A stretch of 63,989 bases of DNA, the filler included, from Stramenopiles sp. TOSAG23-3 (taxonomy: Eukaryota): NCBI GenBank assembly GCA_900128585.1. It is 17 parts of 17 records of this genome, joined end to end, with 100 filler letters (N's around TTAATTAATTAA, not from the genome) between each part and the next. Parts side by side here need not be neighbours in the genome. Positions count along the whole stretch, not along the records: positions 30,990 to 39,278 come from LT643042.1; positions 39,379 to 47,666 come from LT643043.1; 15 more parts are not named here. One strand, given 5' to 3'. The notes beneath the pieces are model-generated. The model had not been told where the DNA came from and searched no databases. It was given only the letters and a program-made list of their open reading frames with translations. Numbering within the stretch: position 1 is the stretch's first letter; each line of letters begins with the position of its first letter. This document shows positions 33,786 through 45,800 of this stretch, piece by piece. The translations under genes were made by a program, and so were the position numbers.

Positions 33786-33929
33786 GGAGTTACAACATCA
33801 TATAACAGGACATAACATAGAATTAATGAAACAAGTTACAACATAACATAACAGGACACAACATCGAATTAATGAAAGAAGGTACAACATCACATAACAG
33901 GGAATAACAGGGAATTAATGAAAGAAGGT
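33786..33929 (+). repeat. About 46-bp degenerate minisatellite (3 copies) among short tandem repeats in the G-beta intergenic region
   Basis: Unit approximately GTTACAACATCATATAACAGGACATAACATAGAATTAATGAAA[C/G]AA; nearby (TTTGAG)n 32811-32853, (TTCTTGG)n about 33404-33463 and (TTCTTTCTATT-like)n about 33573-33640. Confidence 0.75.
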
Positions 33930-34261
33930 TGAATAGAAGAATATTGGCATTTGACCAACATCCATTGATGTTATTTGGAATACTAAATAGCATAGATCAT
34001 TATACCAATCTTTATCAAACTACAACAACTCAACTCAAAACAAACCAAAACGAAACAAAACAAAACGAAACAAACAGAAGGGAATCCAATCTCCATCTCC
34101 TTCGTTTTACCAGCTAGTAAATGTTGGATTGCTGCGATCGAAGCGCTTGACAGCCACCTATTTGTTTCCTGTGAAACCGTTTGTAGACCACCGTCTGCTA
34201 CACTCCTCACCACCGTGCCTTTCTTTACTGCATCGCAAACGACGAAGTTCGACCGATCAGT

Positions 34262-35416
34262 ATGGCGACGATAGAAGAGCTTAAGGCCAAGCAGCTGGAG
34301 CTCGAAACGCAGGTCCAAAGGCTTAGGAAGCAAAACTCGCTGGACGATGGGGATAGTGCAGAATACCCAGGGTCCCATATCTCCGAATCGTACGTTAAAG
34401 TAAAAACCTCGATGGAAGGCGCGCAGATACAGGACTTTCCAGAGCAGAACCATATGGTCCAGCGGAGGAAGCTGCAAGGCCATTACGGGAAAGTGTATGC
34501 CATGCACTGGTCCGGGGACTCGGAGCGTTTAGTGAGTGCATCGCAGGACGGGAAGCTGCTCGTGTGGAACGGCCTTACGACCAACAAACTGTTTGCCATC
34601 CCGGTGCACTGCCCGTGGGTAATGACGTGCGCGTTCGACCAAACGGACCCGAAGAGTAGGAACGTGGCGTGCGGAGGGCTAGATAACTTATGCTCCATTT
34701 ACATCTGGAAGGGGCAGAACCCAGAGTGGGAGAACGCCCCGACGGACCCGTCCGTGGAACTGTCCGGGCACGACGGGTACCTGTCCTGCTGCCGGTTCGT
34801 CGATAGCAACAAGATACTGACGTCCTCCGGGGACGGGCGGTGCATTTTGTGGAACTACGCAGGGAGCACCCAAAAGAAGATCTGCACCTTTCGGGACCAT
34901 ACCTCGGACGTCATGTCCGTCAGCATCAACCCGAGGGACCCGAACCAGTTCGTGGCCGGGGACTGCGACAGCACCGCCATGGTGTGGGACATCCGGTGCC
35001 CGCAGCGCGCCACGCATGTGTATAAGGGCCACGAGTCGGACATCAATTTCGTCGACTTTTTTCAGGACGGCCGCACGTTCGCCACCGCATCCGACGATTC
35101 CTCGTGCCGGCTGTGGGACATTCGAAGCTACCGCGAACTGAAAAAGTTCCAGGACGCGCCAGAGGGGCAAGACCCGATCATGTGCGGCGTCACGTCCGTC
35201 GCGTCGTCGTCCAGTGGCAGGCTCCTGTTCGCAGGGTACGACGACTACAACTGCCGCGTCTGGGACACCGTGGGCGACCAGGGGTTCTTTACCCTGAAGT
35301 CTGGCATATCAAAGTACACGCACGAGAACCGCGTCTCCTGCGTCGGGGTGTCGCCCGATGGGAACTGCCTTGCCACCGGCGGGTGGGACACCCTGCTGAA
35401 GCTTTGGAGCCGGTAA
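34262..35416 (+). CDS. Heterotrimeric G-protein beta subunit, paralogue 2
   Basis: N-terminal coiled coil; [60 protein letters not shown]. Confidence 0.96.
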   Translation: MATIEELKAKQLELETQVQRLRKQNSLDDGDSAEYPGSHISESYVKVKTSMEGAQIQDFPEQNHMVQRRKLQGHYGKVYAMHWSGDSERLVSASQDGKLLVWNGLTTNKLFAIPVHCPWVMTCAFDQTDPKSRNVACGGLDNLCSIYIWKGQNPEWENAPTDPSVELSGHDGYLSCCRFVDSNKILTSSGDGRCILWNYAGSTQKKICTFRDHTSDVMSVSINPRDPNQFVAGDCDSTAMVWDIRCPQRATHVYKGHESDINFVDFFQDGRTFATASDDSSCRLWDIRSYRELKKFQDAPEGQDPIMCGVTSVASSSSGRLLFAGYDDYNCRVWDTVGDQGFFTLKSGISKYTHENRVSCVGVSPDGNCLATGGWDTLLKLWSR

Positions 35417-35771
35417 GGGAACACACACACTGTACATGCAAAACATTAGAGGGTGAAAGCCTTTGCAACGAACCGATTGGGATTTTTATAGAGAGAGATA
35501 GAGAGTGGGATGAAAACGAAATTAGTTTTCACGCATTTAATTTATAAAAGGCCACAAAAGTTCATTTTCATTAGATATTATATAATTAGATTTAACTTCT
35601 CCTAGACAAAACTAAAACTTTTTAACACAAAATTAAAAATTATCTTGAACCAGATCTTGAAGGAATTGTAACCCCCCCCCCATTTACGTAGTGGTGCGCC
35701 CACAAAATTAATTTCACGAAAAAACACTTTCGGTGTGGTGAAATTAAAACCAGGCCACCGCCCACCGGCCC

Positions 35772-38700
35772 CTACTTTGGAGCCCCCCATCCTTTCAGGG
35801 CGTGCCGCCCGGCTTGCGCCAGGCTGCTCCGAGTGTGGGCCCCGCTGGGAACGTTCCCGGCCCCGTTGGCGACAACACTGGGCTTTGCGTCGTACGTCGT
35901 CCGCCGCCGCGAATGGTCCTTCTCTAATCGTCGCAGGCTGTCGCCGTGCCCGGACGCCTCCACGGCTTTGGACGCGGACAGGGGGCGTGCGATGGCCTTT
36001 CCGGCCGCCGCCTGGCCTTTGCGGATGGACGAGGGCGGGTTCGCCACCAAGGAGGACAGGACCGCGTCGGCCTGGGCCAGCGCCTGCTCCACGGACAGCT
36101 CTACCTTCTTCGCCTTCGCCTTGGCGATCTTGCTCTTCGACCGGTTCCTTCCGATCGCCGCCCCGGACTCGTCCGTGGACGACGCCTTCGAGCTCGGGAG
36201 CGAGGCCCTGCGGCGCATTCGCTTCTTCTTCCCCCCCGTCTCGCCGTCGTCCCGGCCAGCGCCGCCCGACCCTTTGTTCCCGGACTTCCCTTTCGTCCCC
36301 TTCTTCTCTTTCCCGCCACCACCCTCCTTTCTCCGGTCCGCTCGGTCGGCCTTGGTCTTCTTCTTCGAGCCCACCGATCCTTTCCCGCGCTTCCCCCTCC
36401 CCTTCCCGCCGCCGCTCGGCCCCCCCAGAGTCGTCCGCGGCGTCGTCGCCGTCCGAGTCGTCCTTCGTCGCGGACTTTCGCACGTTGTCGAAGATGTTCG
36501 ACGCGGCGTTGTTCTTGTCCGACGGGCTCAACGCGTAGAGCTCCCGGAGGGTGTTCTGGACCTTGGTCTGGTCCGGGTCGCAGTAGTCCAGGATGGTGTC
36601 GCAAAAGTAGTGGCCCATCTCCTCGAGCTGGACGACGGTGAAGTGGCGCTCCGCGCGCCTCCCAAAGTCGGCCCCGCAGAAGGAGGCCTCCATGGTGTAG
36701 CTGTTGGCGAGGCCGAGGTCCTTGAAGCCGACGACGCGGCCGGTCGACTCCTTGTTCCGGCCAACGTTGAAGCTGCAGTCCGCGTAGGAGAAGATGGAGG
36801 AGTTCTTCCAGAGGATCCTGGGAAAGATCCGCTCGCGCAGGCGCATCGAGAGCTTGGCCTTGTTCTCGCACCCGTACATGAAGACGTTCATCTTCCGGCT
36901 GTGGCCGTGAAAGTCGGTGAAGAGGATGACCTCCCGGTCCTCCATGAACCGGCGAATCATGTTCTTCGTGTAGTATATGGTCGGGTGAAGCTTTCGGCTC
37001 GGGTTGTCCCAGTTCCGGTTGAGGTCGACCCCGGCGAGGGAGCACCGGTAGTTCCCGACGATGACCCCGTCCGGGTTCAGCATGGGAACGACTTTGAAGA
37101 CGAAGTTGTCCCGGAGGATCTTGGCGTCGAGGCTCGGCCCGGTCAGGTAGTCGATGACCCCCTTCATCATGTAGCTGGAGTTGCTCTCCCCGGGGTGGAC
37201 CCGGGCCGTGATGACAACCCCCTTGCGCGCCTTCAGCGAGGCCGCGTCGCAGGCGAAGGAGGTGATGGTGAGCAGGTCGCAGTTGTTCCCGGCAAGGGTC
37301 TGGCAGAGCGGGCGCCTTCGAAAGCGGTTGCTCCGCTTCGGGTCCTTCTCCAGCGCGCACAGGTACCGCTGCAGGTCGGAGTACGTGTACGGGAAGCAGT
37401 AGGCCATGAACACCGTGTCGTCGTCGTGGGGAAAGTCGACGGTGAAGGTGGCCGTGTAGTAGTACCCCCCCCGGCGCTTGATGTGGTTCTGGTAGTAGCA
37501 GACCTCCTCCCCGCGGCGGACCCAGCCGACCTTGCCGTCCTGGGCCCCCTTCAGGCTGTAGATCAGGGGCTGCATCCCGCGGTTGTAGAGGCTGTCGCCC
37601 TTGTACAGGTTGATGCAGTTGAACTTGTACTTTCGGCCCTTCTTCACGTTGGAGACGGAGAAGTAGAACCATTGGGTGTGCCCCCGGGTGTTGATGTCGG
37701 GCTTGATGATCAGGTCGTACTCGCCCGGGTAGACCTGGATGGCCCGCCGCAGGTTCCCGCTCTCGAACCTCGACTCGAAGACGAGGGTGTCGTCCAAGGG
37801 GTCGTTCAGCTGGTAGTAGGCCGGAAGGTCGACGCTGTCGCCCCCCGGGCCCGCGCCCATCGCCGCCGACGGCCGGGGCGCGGGCTTGGTCGAATCGGCG
37901 GTGGCGCCCTGGGCGGCGTTCGGCTCGATGGAGTCGTAGACGACCCGGTTCAGGACAAGGTCCGGCTTGGACAGGCGCTCGGCGTCCTTCAGGAGCATGT
38001 CCGGGACGAGCTGCTCGCGGCGGACGTACAGCGGCTCCCCGGTGGGGGGGACGTACCGAATGTGGTACGGCGGCGGCCAGATGAGGGGCATGTTGATGCC
38101 CGTCTTCGGGGGCTTGGGCTGCCATACCCGGTCCCCGCTCTGGCCGAGGCCCCCGTCCCTGCCGGCGGCCATCGGCTTGACGGGGGACTTGAAATTGTAC
38201 AGGGGAAGGGGCGGGGAGACGACGCGGAGGGGAGGCGGGCTGGGCGCGGCCTGGACGGGGGAGGAGCGGGCGGGCGCGGCGGCGGCGGCGGTCGGCGCCG
38301 GGGCCAGGGCCGGCGGGTCGCCGGTTCCGATGGTCGGGGGCGCGGGCTCGACGGCCTCCTCGAGCTTCATCGGCGCGTGGAGGGGGGGGATGGCGCTCCG
38401 GGACACGGCCTTGGACGGCAGCGCGCGGGAGGAGGGCACCCCGTCGAGGAGCGAGGTCCCGGCGTTCCCCGAGATGACGTCGATGGCCTCGTCGTTCAGT
38501 GGCATGGCGTCGTCGTTCGACCCGGAGGACATGGTCCTGGTCGGGACTTTGAAGGCCTGGGTCTGGGACATGACGGAGTCCTCCTCGAGCTGGGCTTCTG
38601 CCCCGTCGTGGTCGGACCCGTCCGAGTCCGCCTCGTCCAGGGGTCCCCCCTCTTCCTCCTCCTCGTTGTTGTTGCGGGCAGCGGCGGCGGCGGTGGTGGT

Positions 38701-39073
38701 CGGGTCGTCGCGCCCCGGGAGGCTGGACGCGATCGGGACCCCAGTCTTGGGCTTGGCCACGTCGACGGGGGTGGCAACGGCGGTGGTGGCCCGTCGCACT
38801 TGGGGGGAGAATATGTTGTTGGACATTATGTTCTGCTCCCATTGGTGGTATATTTCCTGTTTCAAGTCCATGCACTGGCGTTTCATCTCGCCCTTGATGT
38901 CCTTCGTCGCCCTATTGTTCTTCGTCGTCGTCCCCGCTCGTCCTGCCAGTGCTGCTGCCCCCCCCTGCCGCCTGGCCCCGCTGCTTCTTGCCGTTCGGCT
39001 TTCCTTTCCCGTTGTTGTTTGCTATAAGTTTGTTGTTTGCCGCAGAAATAGACACCCGTTGGTTCCGCCGCAT
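35772..39073 (-). CDS. Cytosolic carboxypeptidase (CCP/Nna1/AGTPBP1-like tubulin deglutamylase, M14D) with two apparent frameshifts at G-runs
   Basis: FESRFESGNL, TQWFYF, PYTYSDL, ARVHPGE, PMLNPDGV, DLNR, DFHGHS, YTMEASF. Track ORFs 38912-39103, 35602-38886 and 35772-36374 join into one frame if one G is removed at each of 38958-38965 and 36420-36426. Confidence 0.9.
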
Positions 39074-39587
39074 GGTGTCGGAAGTCTGAAGGCCAGCTTT
39101 CAAAACCTACAAAGCTTCCTCAAACCTAAAAAGGCAAAAGCTCTATAAACTCCTCACGAACTAACCGAACCGTCACTCACAAAATGCTCACGTCTCCTTT
39201 CACTACACCAAAATCCACAAACCAAACGAAACTACACTGTTACCAATCAGCACTCGAAATGAACGAACGACAACAATANNNNNNNNNNNNNNNNNNNNNN
39301 NNNNNNNNNNNNNNNNNNNNNNTTAATTAATTAANNNNNNNNNNNNNNNNNNNNNNNNNNNNNNNNNNNNNNNNNNNNTCACTTGGTATTAATAACGTAC
39401 CGGTAACCAGGTACGGTACTAATACTACTACTTCTCAATATCCTAAAAAAAAAAAAACTACACTAATAAAAAAATAATATATAATATATCTATAACTCAA
39501 GAGAGAAAATTAAAAGAAAAAATATATATTACAGCAATTGTACACAAATAGAGAGACAATGGCTTTCAATTATGACATGGTCCATTT

Positions 39588-41999
39588 TTGTCGACTCAAT
39601 TGAGGGCCCAAGAGTGCGAGGACCATATAGTAAAAGTGCTGAAAGAATCTAGGGTATATAAGTCGCCGAACAGCAAACAAATGCTGAAACGAACAACAGT
39701 GCTGAACCGACCAGTCACTGGGTACGGTCACCTAGGGAAGCGCGGCAAGCGATTCTTTGGGTGCATTCATAAGAATAGAGTCGTTTACGAAAAAACATTT
39801 GACGACCTGGATGCGGCAGAACGCTGGTTGACGGAAGTCGGCGAAGGTCGATTGGTTCCGCCCGCACCTAAACGTAAAAAAAAAATTCGGTACCGGAAAG
39901 GACATCAACATAACTTTTCTTGCGATATTTGTGGCAGGACATATAATTACATGGGGAACCTAAGGAGACACATTGCCGAAGAGCATGGTAAAAGAAAACC
40001 CAAAGAGAAGAAGTTCAGTCCCCACAAACGAAAGAAAACTAGAAAAACTCTCAGTTGGGAAGCTTTCTTTAAATATCTTGTTGAATACAAAAAGAAACAG
40101 GAGAAGATGTATCCTGGGAAAAAGTGGAACGGGCATGTGCCTCGATATTACTACGTCGATTTGGAGGATAGAAAAATTGCACATCTGGGCAATTGGGTGC
40201 TGGAACAAAAAAGGAATAGACTCCAACGTCTAAAGAATAACGTAAAAGAGGAATCGTGGGAAGAAAAACGACTCGTTGAAATAGGATTTAAATTTCGGCA
40301 TCCGGCGTCAATTACGCAGGAAGAGCACCTTGGACTAATGATTGAGTACATAAAGGAACAGGAGAGGAAGCACCCTGGGAAGAAGTGGGACGGAAGACTC
40401 CATCATACTTATTGCGCTAAATTGGAGGACGGGACAGTGTGTAAGGTGGGTAAATGGCTTGCGAACCTAAGAACAAAAAGAAACCAACGTCTTAAGCACA
40501 ATATTCCGTTAACACCGCTGCAAAACCGAATTAGTGAATTAGGATATAAATGGGAAATTGAGAAGTTTGACGTGGAGCCATACATCGAATTGATTCTTCG
40601 ATACAAACTGGAATGGGAAAAAAATCATCTGGGACAGATTTGGGATGGGTCGGTTCCCAAGCAGTATGTCGCCCACTTGAGCGACGGAACAGAAGTACCC
40701 ATAGGGAAATGGGTAGCTCAACAAAGAGCTTCGAGAAGGAGACGCCTTCGCCTGTGCAAAACAAATTTTACACCAATACAAAGACGACTCAATAGTGTAG
40801 GAATAAACTGGACGTATAATCAGAAGAAGACCAAACCAATAAGAATCCCCGAGTACCATTACAAGGCCGCACTGCTTGCCCACAAGAAGTATGAGGAGAG
40901 GAAGCACCCTGGTAAGCCGTGGGACGGAAACGCCCCAGAGTATGCCACGTTAGAAGACGGGACGGAGGCGCCGGTGAAGAGATGGGCCCATACACAAAGA
41001 GTCCAGAGAAAGCGCCGTATTAAAAGAGGAGCAGAGGAACCTCCAATAGAAAAATGGCTCAATGAAATAGGATTTAATTGGGGAAAATGGATTGCTGGGG
41101 CTCAGGAGTATATGGCTTTACTTCTTGAGTACAAAAAGAACCAGGAGATGTGCCATCCGGGGGTGCCATGGAATGGGAAGGTACCGGCAAACTATTCGAA
41201 AATAATAGATGGAGTAAAGGTAAGCTTGGGTAGTTGGGTTAAGACCCAAAGAGCAAAGCAACGCGCACGGATTCGCAAAAATGTGACAGAGGAAACAACT
41301 CTCGAAAAACAGCTCAGTGAAATTGGATTTGATTGGTATCCAGAGAAGTCAAGGCACGAGGAGTTCATGCGCTGCTTGCTTGAATACAAAAAGAACGAAG
41401 AGATGAAGCATCCGGGGAAGCCCTGGGATGGACTCATACCTCTAAATTATGTTGCCACCTTGGCCGACGGACGAAATATATACGTTGGCAGATGGTTGAG
41501 GAGGAAAAGAAGTAAGAGGGAAAACCGCATTCGTAATAATCTAACAAATGTACCTCCTGAAGAACTACGAATAGAAAAAGAACTCAATGATGCAGGAATA
41601 AGCTGGGAACAATCATATGCTAGGAAAAAGCATTATGCATTGAAGAAAGGAGTGAAAAGAAAAAAGCGAAATGAAGAGACCAGCGAGGAGGAGTCCAGCG
41701 GGGACGAGGAAGAAGAAGAGTCCAGCGAGGACGAAGAAGAAGAGTCCAGCGAGGACGAAGAAGAAGGGTCCAGCGAGGACGAAGAAGAAGGGACCAGCGA
41801 GGACGAAGAAGAAGAGGCCAGCGAGGACGAAGAAGAAGGGTCCAGCGAGGACGAAGAAGAAGAGTCCAGCGAGAAAGAGAGTCAGAGCGAAAGGGAGAGT
41901 GACGACGTCGACGGTGGATCACCATGGGAAGTACGGACAATTGAATCATTTTCAATTGCATCCCGTAAGCTTGAGTTGGAGGACTACACTGAATTATAG
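39588..41999 (+). CDS. Putative DNA-binding protein: AP2-like + C2H2 zinc finger + six helicase-associated (HA) repeats + acidic tail
   Basis: KRFFGCI...KTFDDLDAAERW; CDICGRTY...LRRHIAEEH; six L.EYK...G.VP..Y...LG.W...QR...L.EIGF.W units. First in-frame ATG at 39681. Confidence 0.85.
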   Translation: MSTQLRAQECEDHIVKVLKESRVYKSPNSKQMLKRTTVLNRPVTGYGHLGKRGKRFFGCIHKNRVVYEKTFDDLDAAERWLTEVGEGRLVPPAPKRKKKIRYRKGHQHNFSCDICGRTYNYMGNLRRHIAEEHGKRKPKEKKFSPHKRKKTRKTLSWEAFFKYLVEYKKKQEKMYPGKKWNGHVPRYYYVDLEDRKIAHLGNWVLEQKRNRLQRLKNNVKEESWEEKRLVEIGFKFRHPASITQEEHLGLMIEYIKEQERKHPGKKWDGRLHHTYCAKLEDGTVCKVGKWLANLRTKRNQRLKHNIPLTPLQNRISELGYKWEIEKFDVEPYIELILRYKLEWEKNHLGQIWDGSVPKQYVAHLSDGTEVPIGKWVAQQRASRRRRLRLCKTNFTPIQRRLNSVGINWTYNQKKTKPIRIPEYHYKAALLAHKKYEERKHPGKPWDGNAPEYATLEDGTEAPVKRWAHTQRVQRKRRIKRGAEEPPIEKWLNEIGFNWGKWIAGAQEYMALLLEYKKNQEMCHPGVPWNGKVPANYSKIIDGVKVSLGSWVKTQRAKQRARIRKNVTEETTLEKQLSEIGFDWYPEKSRHEEFMRCLLEYKKNEEMKHPGKPWDGLIPLNYVATLADGRNIYVGRWLRRKRSKRENRIRNNLTNVPPEELRIEKELNDAGISWEQSYARKKHYALKKGVKRKKRNEETSEEESSGDEEEEESSEDEEEESSEDEEEGSSEDEEEGTSEDEEEEASEDEEEGSSEDEEEESSEKESQSERESDDVDGGSPWEVRTIESFSIASRKLELEDYTEL
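41680..41876 (+). repeat. 24-nt coding tandem repeat (ESSEDEEE)
   Basis: About 8 copies of GAGTCCAGCGAGGACGAAGAAGAA with variants. Confidence 0.92.
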
Positions 42000-42871
42000 C
42001 AGGTTCGTTTATTAAGTTTAAAAATAGCCACCTACCAATTCGGGCATGGAGTACATCTGAGATTGATAGGCAACACCTAAGTGACAAGGGTATATCGATT
42101 AGTAAAAACACATGAGCAGAGATAAGTTCGCAGTACATGAAGGAACGTAAACCTCTTATGGACAAAAGGAGCAGATTCATTTTCGCGGTACATGAGAAAG
42201 CTAAATTTTTACGTTACTAATATCTATATAATTTGTTTTTTAATTAACTTAAATAACAGCCAATTTTTAGTTTTTTACATGAAGGAATGTAAACCTCGAA
42301 TGTCTAAATATAGAGTTCAGTTCGATCACTAGTTTTTTTAGAATTCAGTTCGCAGTACATTAATTTTAATTACTTATTAAAATAACAGCCAATTTTTTGT
42401 TTTTAAAAGTTTAAAAATATGAAAATCAAATCACCATCATTATAAACCATTAATTCATATAATACTCTTTGAAACCGTTTTTCTAAAGATAGAGTTCCTG
42501 TACTATACTTTCTACATCTACATTTGTACAATACGAGGATGTAACGTAAAGCTGAATATTGGAAAATAGATTTAACTTGGATTTAGGCTTTTCTCATATA
42601 TTATTATCTCATAATCCCATGTCATCACATATAACAACTGTTACTATTTAGGAAAAGAAGAATTAACGAAAGAAAAGGAAAGGAAAGAAAAGGAAGAAAG
42701 AAAGAAAGATTGGTTTCTTAAATAGCATTAAAGAACATGTTTCCCTGTTCTTATTCTTGAGATACGCATGTTAAAATAAGAACGAGCCGTCCATTTGTAT
42801 TTACTGAATAAACGTACGCCAAGCGGAAGAAGTAATAAGAGTCGTGTAGCTGTATCCATATTTGTTCTTGC

Positions 42872-45800
42872 ATGTCGTCTGATTCCACTGACAGCGTGCT
42901 TCGGGAAGTATTTTCCACAATTGACCAGGATGGATCGTCGACATTGGAGAAAAAGGAACTGTTGAAGGCCCTAATGTTTAATGAGGACATCGCCAATAAG
43001 CTTCACCAGTTCCCTCATCTGCTGCCTCTCTTGAAACCGAAACACTTTCAAGAATCGTTTTTGGCTATGGACACGTCCCGCGACAACCACGTTAGTGTGG
43101 AAGAGTTTGTAGCATTTGCCAGTGGGTATACACTTGAAGAAGCCGCAAACGAAATATTCAAAATTATGGACAACGATGGCCGTGGCGCAGTCGAGAAAGA
43201 TTACTGCATAACATCGATAAATGAGAACGAGGAGTGTAAAAAAGTAATAAACGCGTGCGATCGTTTGAGGCCATTAAAAGCGCTTGGCGAAGAACAAACG
43301 AAAGGGCAATTTTTGCGGCTAGGCACTGTCACTCCAGGAAAAGTCAACCGACGAGAATTTCTTGAATTTGTGGTTGGGGTGACGAACTCGTTCGATACCT
43401 CCGTGCAGCCCGTAATACTCACATCCTCCATAGCAACAAAAAAGGCCAAGGACGCGGTTACGGAGCCCGTAAAAGAAAAGCCCGTGCGCGATGGCAGCTC
43501 AAGCGACCCCCCCCGCCAGGGACTGTCGAGGGACAAGGCTCTTCTAGCACTGTGGGCGCAGTTGGAGGCGTCCAAAGAAATTATAGACGCAGAAGAGGCG
43601 CGATTTGATTTGCTTCAGGCAAATGTCGAAGTGCAACTCGAAGGGATGAAACGGGTTCTAGCGAAGTATGCCTCGAAGGGTTATGATGGCCCCGATGCGT
43701 TTACGAATGAGATTTTGGGGGTGATACGAGAGGCTGAGCACGAAAACTCCATAGTTGACGCTGAAGCGAAGAACGTGTCATGGCAAATCCAAAAACTGTT
43801 TAAAGAAGTCGACCACGATTCAAAAGGAGCCATAAACGAAGAAAAACTCCTCAGGTTTGTCACTGAGCTCTCGCTGGCAAACCCAATTCTTGATTTGCCA
43901 ACCACGAAAGAAGAAACAAAAAGAGTAATGAAAGTATTAGATACAGATAAATCTGGAGAAATAGACGAAGAAGAATTTACAGTGTGGATAAAATCAGGGC
44001 TCGATAAGACCAAGGAGGATCTGAACATATTCGCATCCAAAGGGGCATTCCAGAAAAAAATGGCAAACTTTATCCAGTGCGTAAAAAGCGCCCTTACAAA
44101 ATCGCCCGAGGCCTACTTGAAAGAGCGGATCCATGATCTATTTGTACAATTTGATGGGACTCAGTCAGGGTGCTTTGGAGACAAAGACCTGTCGGAGATG
44201 CTTATGTATTTGGGCGCATTTAGGCCGGAATTAGACCTTCCACATTCTACTGAGGACATTACTGCAATCCTGGGCGATTTGGGAAGTGACGGGAAATTGC
44301 ACGAGAACGAATTCGTAGAATGGATACACGAGGGGATTAGCCAAGCTCCGATGGATTTACTAGAGTTCGGAAAATCTTCGCCGTTCAATTCTAGAATGAT
44401 TAACTTTTTAGATTCCGTACGTTCTTGGCTGAAGGAAGACTCGAAGCTTGTGCAGTCTGGAAAGACAAAGGGGATGTTTGGTGATATGGCGAGGAGAAAG
44501 GTGCAGATCAAACGTTTGTATAATGAAACGGTATCCCCAAATTCATCTGGCCAGAAATTCATGGACCAAGATTCCTTACTAGTTCTCTTGGAAGAAATTC
44601 GACTTATTGCCCCTAAATTAGAGTTACCAGCGGAGGATGAGATAAGAAAAGTCCTACAAAAACTCGACACAAACCGTGATGGGAAAGTGGACATCAACGA
44701 CTTTTTGGAATACATGATTGCGTCGTTAACAAGGTCCGAAAATCGGAGGGCAAAATATGCTGCCGTATCGAAATTCAACCAAAGAATGGAAAATATGGTA
44801 ACAGGCTTGATTGGCGCTCTAGATAATGATCCCATTGTGGAACTTCACAAACGTGTCCATGAGTTTTTGGACCGCTACAAAACTCCAAATTCTGGCGCAG
44901 TCACTGCGACAAAATTAAATAAAGTTATGCGGTACTTGTCGACATACTTAGAAGACGGTGCTGTGTTTCCGTCGGGAAAAGAAGATGCCAAACGAATGAT
45001 AACATTGATCGGGGGAGGGAAGGGCGTTACCGACGAAGTTTCAGAGGAAGCGTTCATGGGATGGTTGGACCGAGGGTTTACCGGATCAGCAGCGCAACGT
45101 GAAAAGTTGAGACAGAAATCCAGCTTTCATGCCAAAGCTGTGGCGTTTATCGAAATGATGCTGGCGTACGTCAAAAATGCTTCCTCTTTGGAGGCAGGTG
45201 TTACTGAAGAATTTACAAAGGGCCAGATGGGCATAACGATAAACGAAATTGTGGATGATGACGGCAATACCCATCTGCTGCTGGCAGACTACGCCGAAGA
45301 CTCCCCAGCCGCAAGAAACGATCAGATAGAACACGGCATGACTGTCATAGAGGTCGATGGCAATCGATTAGTAAATGCGGGATTTGGTAAATTGAAAGAA
45401 ATTATACAAAGCAACGACAAGAACAAAGTTCGAATAACTTTTCGCCCCTTCGTCAGCGTAGACAGTTACCATAACATATCAAAATACAACTCAAGGAAGA
45501 AGCAGGCGCTCAGAGCTGCAAAAAAAGCGGGGGCACTCTGCATCGTTTTTAAGCAAGGGCCGATCGGGCTGTCCTTTGATGAAGAACAGGATAAAGAGGC
45601 AGGGGGTTTACGAATCACGCTCTCAAAAATAGCACAAGGCAGCCAAGCGTCCAAGCATCCCCGTTTGGCGGTAGGTCAACAACTGTACGGGGTTGGGTTG
45701 ACGCCAATAAACGGTCAGGGTATGCAAGCTGTAATAAACATAATTAGAGAGGTGGGGTACCCACTTGAATTGCTCTTCAAAGACGGAGGAAAGGACGCGC

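Noticed and set aside
35602-36419. C-terminal about 270 aa of the 1094-aa track ORF
   Set aside because: R/G-rich off-frame-looking sequence that runs into the AT-rich UTR; the alternative frame ending at 35772 has gene-like codon usage.
35833-39027. 1064-aa antisense ORF and 924-aa alternate-frame ORF over the CCP gene
   Set aside because: Expected by-products of extreme GC3 bias; no recognisable domains.
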